DNA from: Blastocatellia bacterium
GTDB lineage: Bacteria > Acidobacteriota > Blastocatellia > UBA7656
Direction of reading: 5' to 3'
Assembly (NCBI GenBank): GCA_963765495.1
Contig: CAVXWP010000001.1
Span: 608,001 to 672,000 of the forward strand
DNA: 64,000 bases
The notes beneath the pieces are model-generated. The model did no database searches, was not told where the DNA came from, and saw nothing but the letters and a program-made list of their open reading frames with translations. A program made the position numbers and the translations under genes. Shown here in pieces: positions 63,916 through 64,000 of this stretch (position 1 is the stretch's first letter; every line of letters begins with the position of its first letter).

Positions 63916-64000
63916 ATGATTGGGGAAGCGAGAAAAACCGGGAAGGTGTATTTGATCGGCGCGGGGCCGGGCGATCCGAAACTGCTTACGATCAAAGCGG
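63916..64000 (+). CDS. cobA: Uroporphyrinogen-III C-methyltransferase (CobA/SirA/CysG-type tetrapyrrole methylase), 5' end only
   Basis: MIGEARKTGKVYLIGAGPGDPKLLTIKA carries the GxVxLxGAGPGDxxLLT signature; runs off the window. Confidence 0.8.
   Translation, partial: MIGEARKTGKVYLIGAGPGDPKLLTIKA

Overview
This is a 64-kb stretch of a GC-rich bacterial chromosome. Gene content and style point to Acidobacteriota, probably Blastocatellia (inference). It carries housekeeping and metabolic genes (mdh, rimO-pgpA-nadD-like-cinA operon, malQ/treZ/glycogen debranching enzyme, pyrE-like gene, CPA2 antiporter, APC permease-USP) and many secreted hydrolases. It also holds a frameshift-riddled giant C25 (gingipain-family) protease gene and a Mutator-like DDE insertion sequence abutting a truncated second element. 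A surface-signalling cluster (two Ser/Thr kinase-FGE paralogues, PEGA protein, TPR protein, TonB-dependent receptor) ends at tRNA-Ser(TGA). Several families of small intergenic repeats and MITEs and a decayed attC-flanked cassette are present. The most striking signal is at the right end and is absent from the ORF track: a 38-codon Cys-rich leader peptide (CGICCICCC) with a complete set of mutually exclusive 1:2, 2:3 and 3:4 helices and an intrinsic terminator. It sits directly upstream of a uroporphyrinogen-III C-methyltransferase (siroheme pathway) gene and is a candidate cysteine-sensing transcriptional attenuator.
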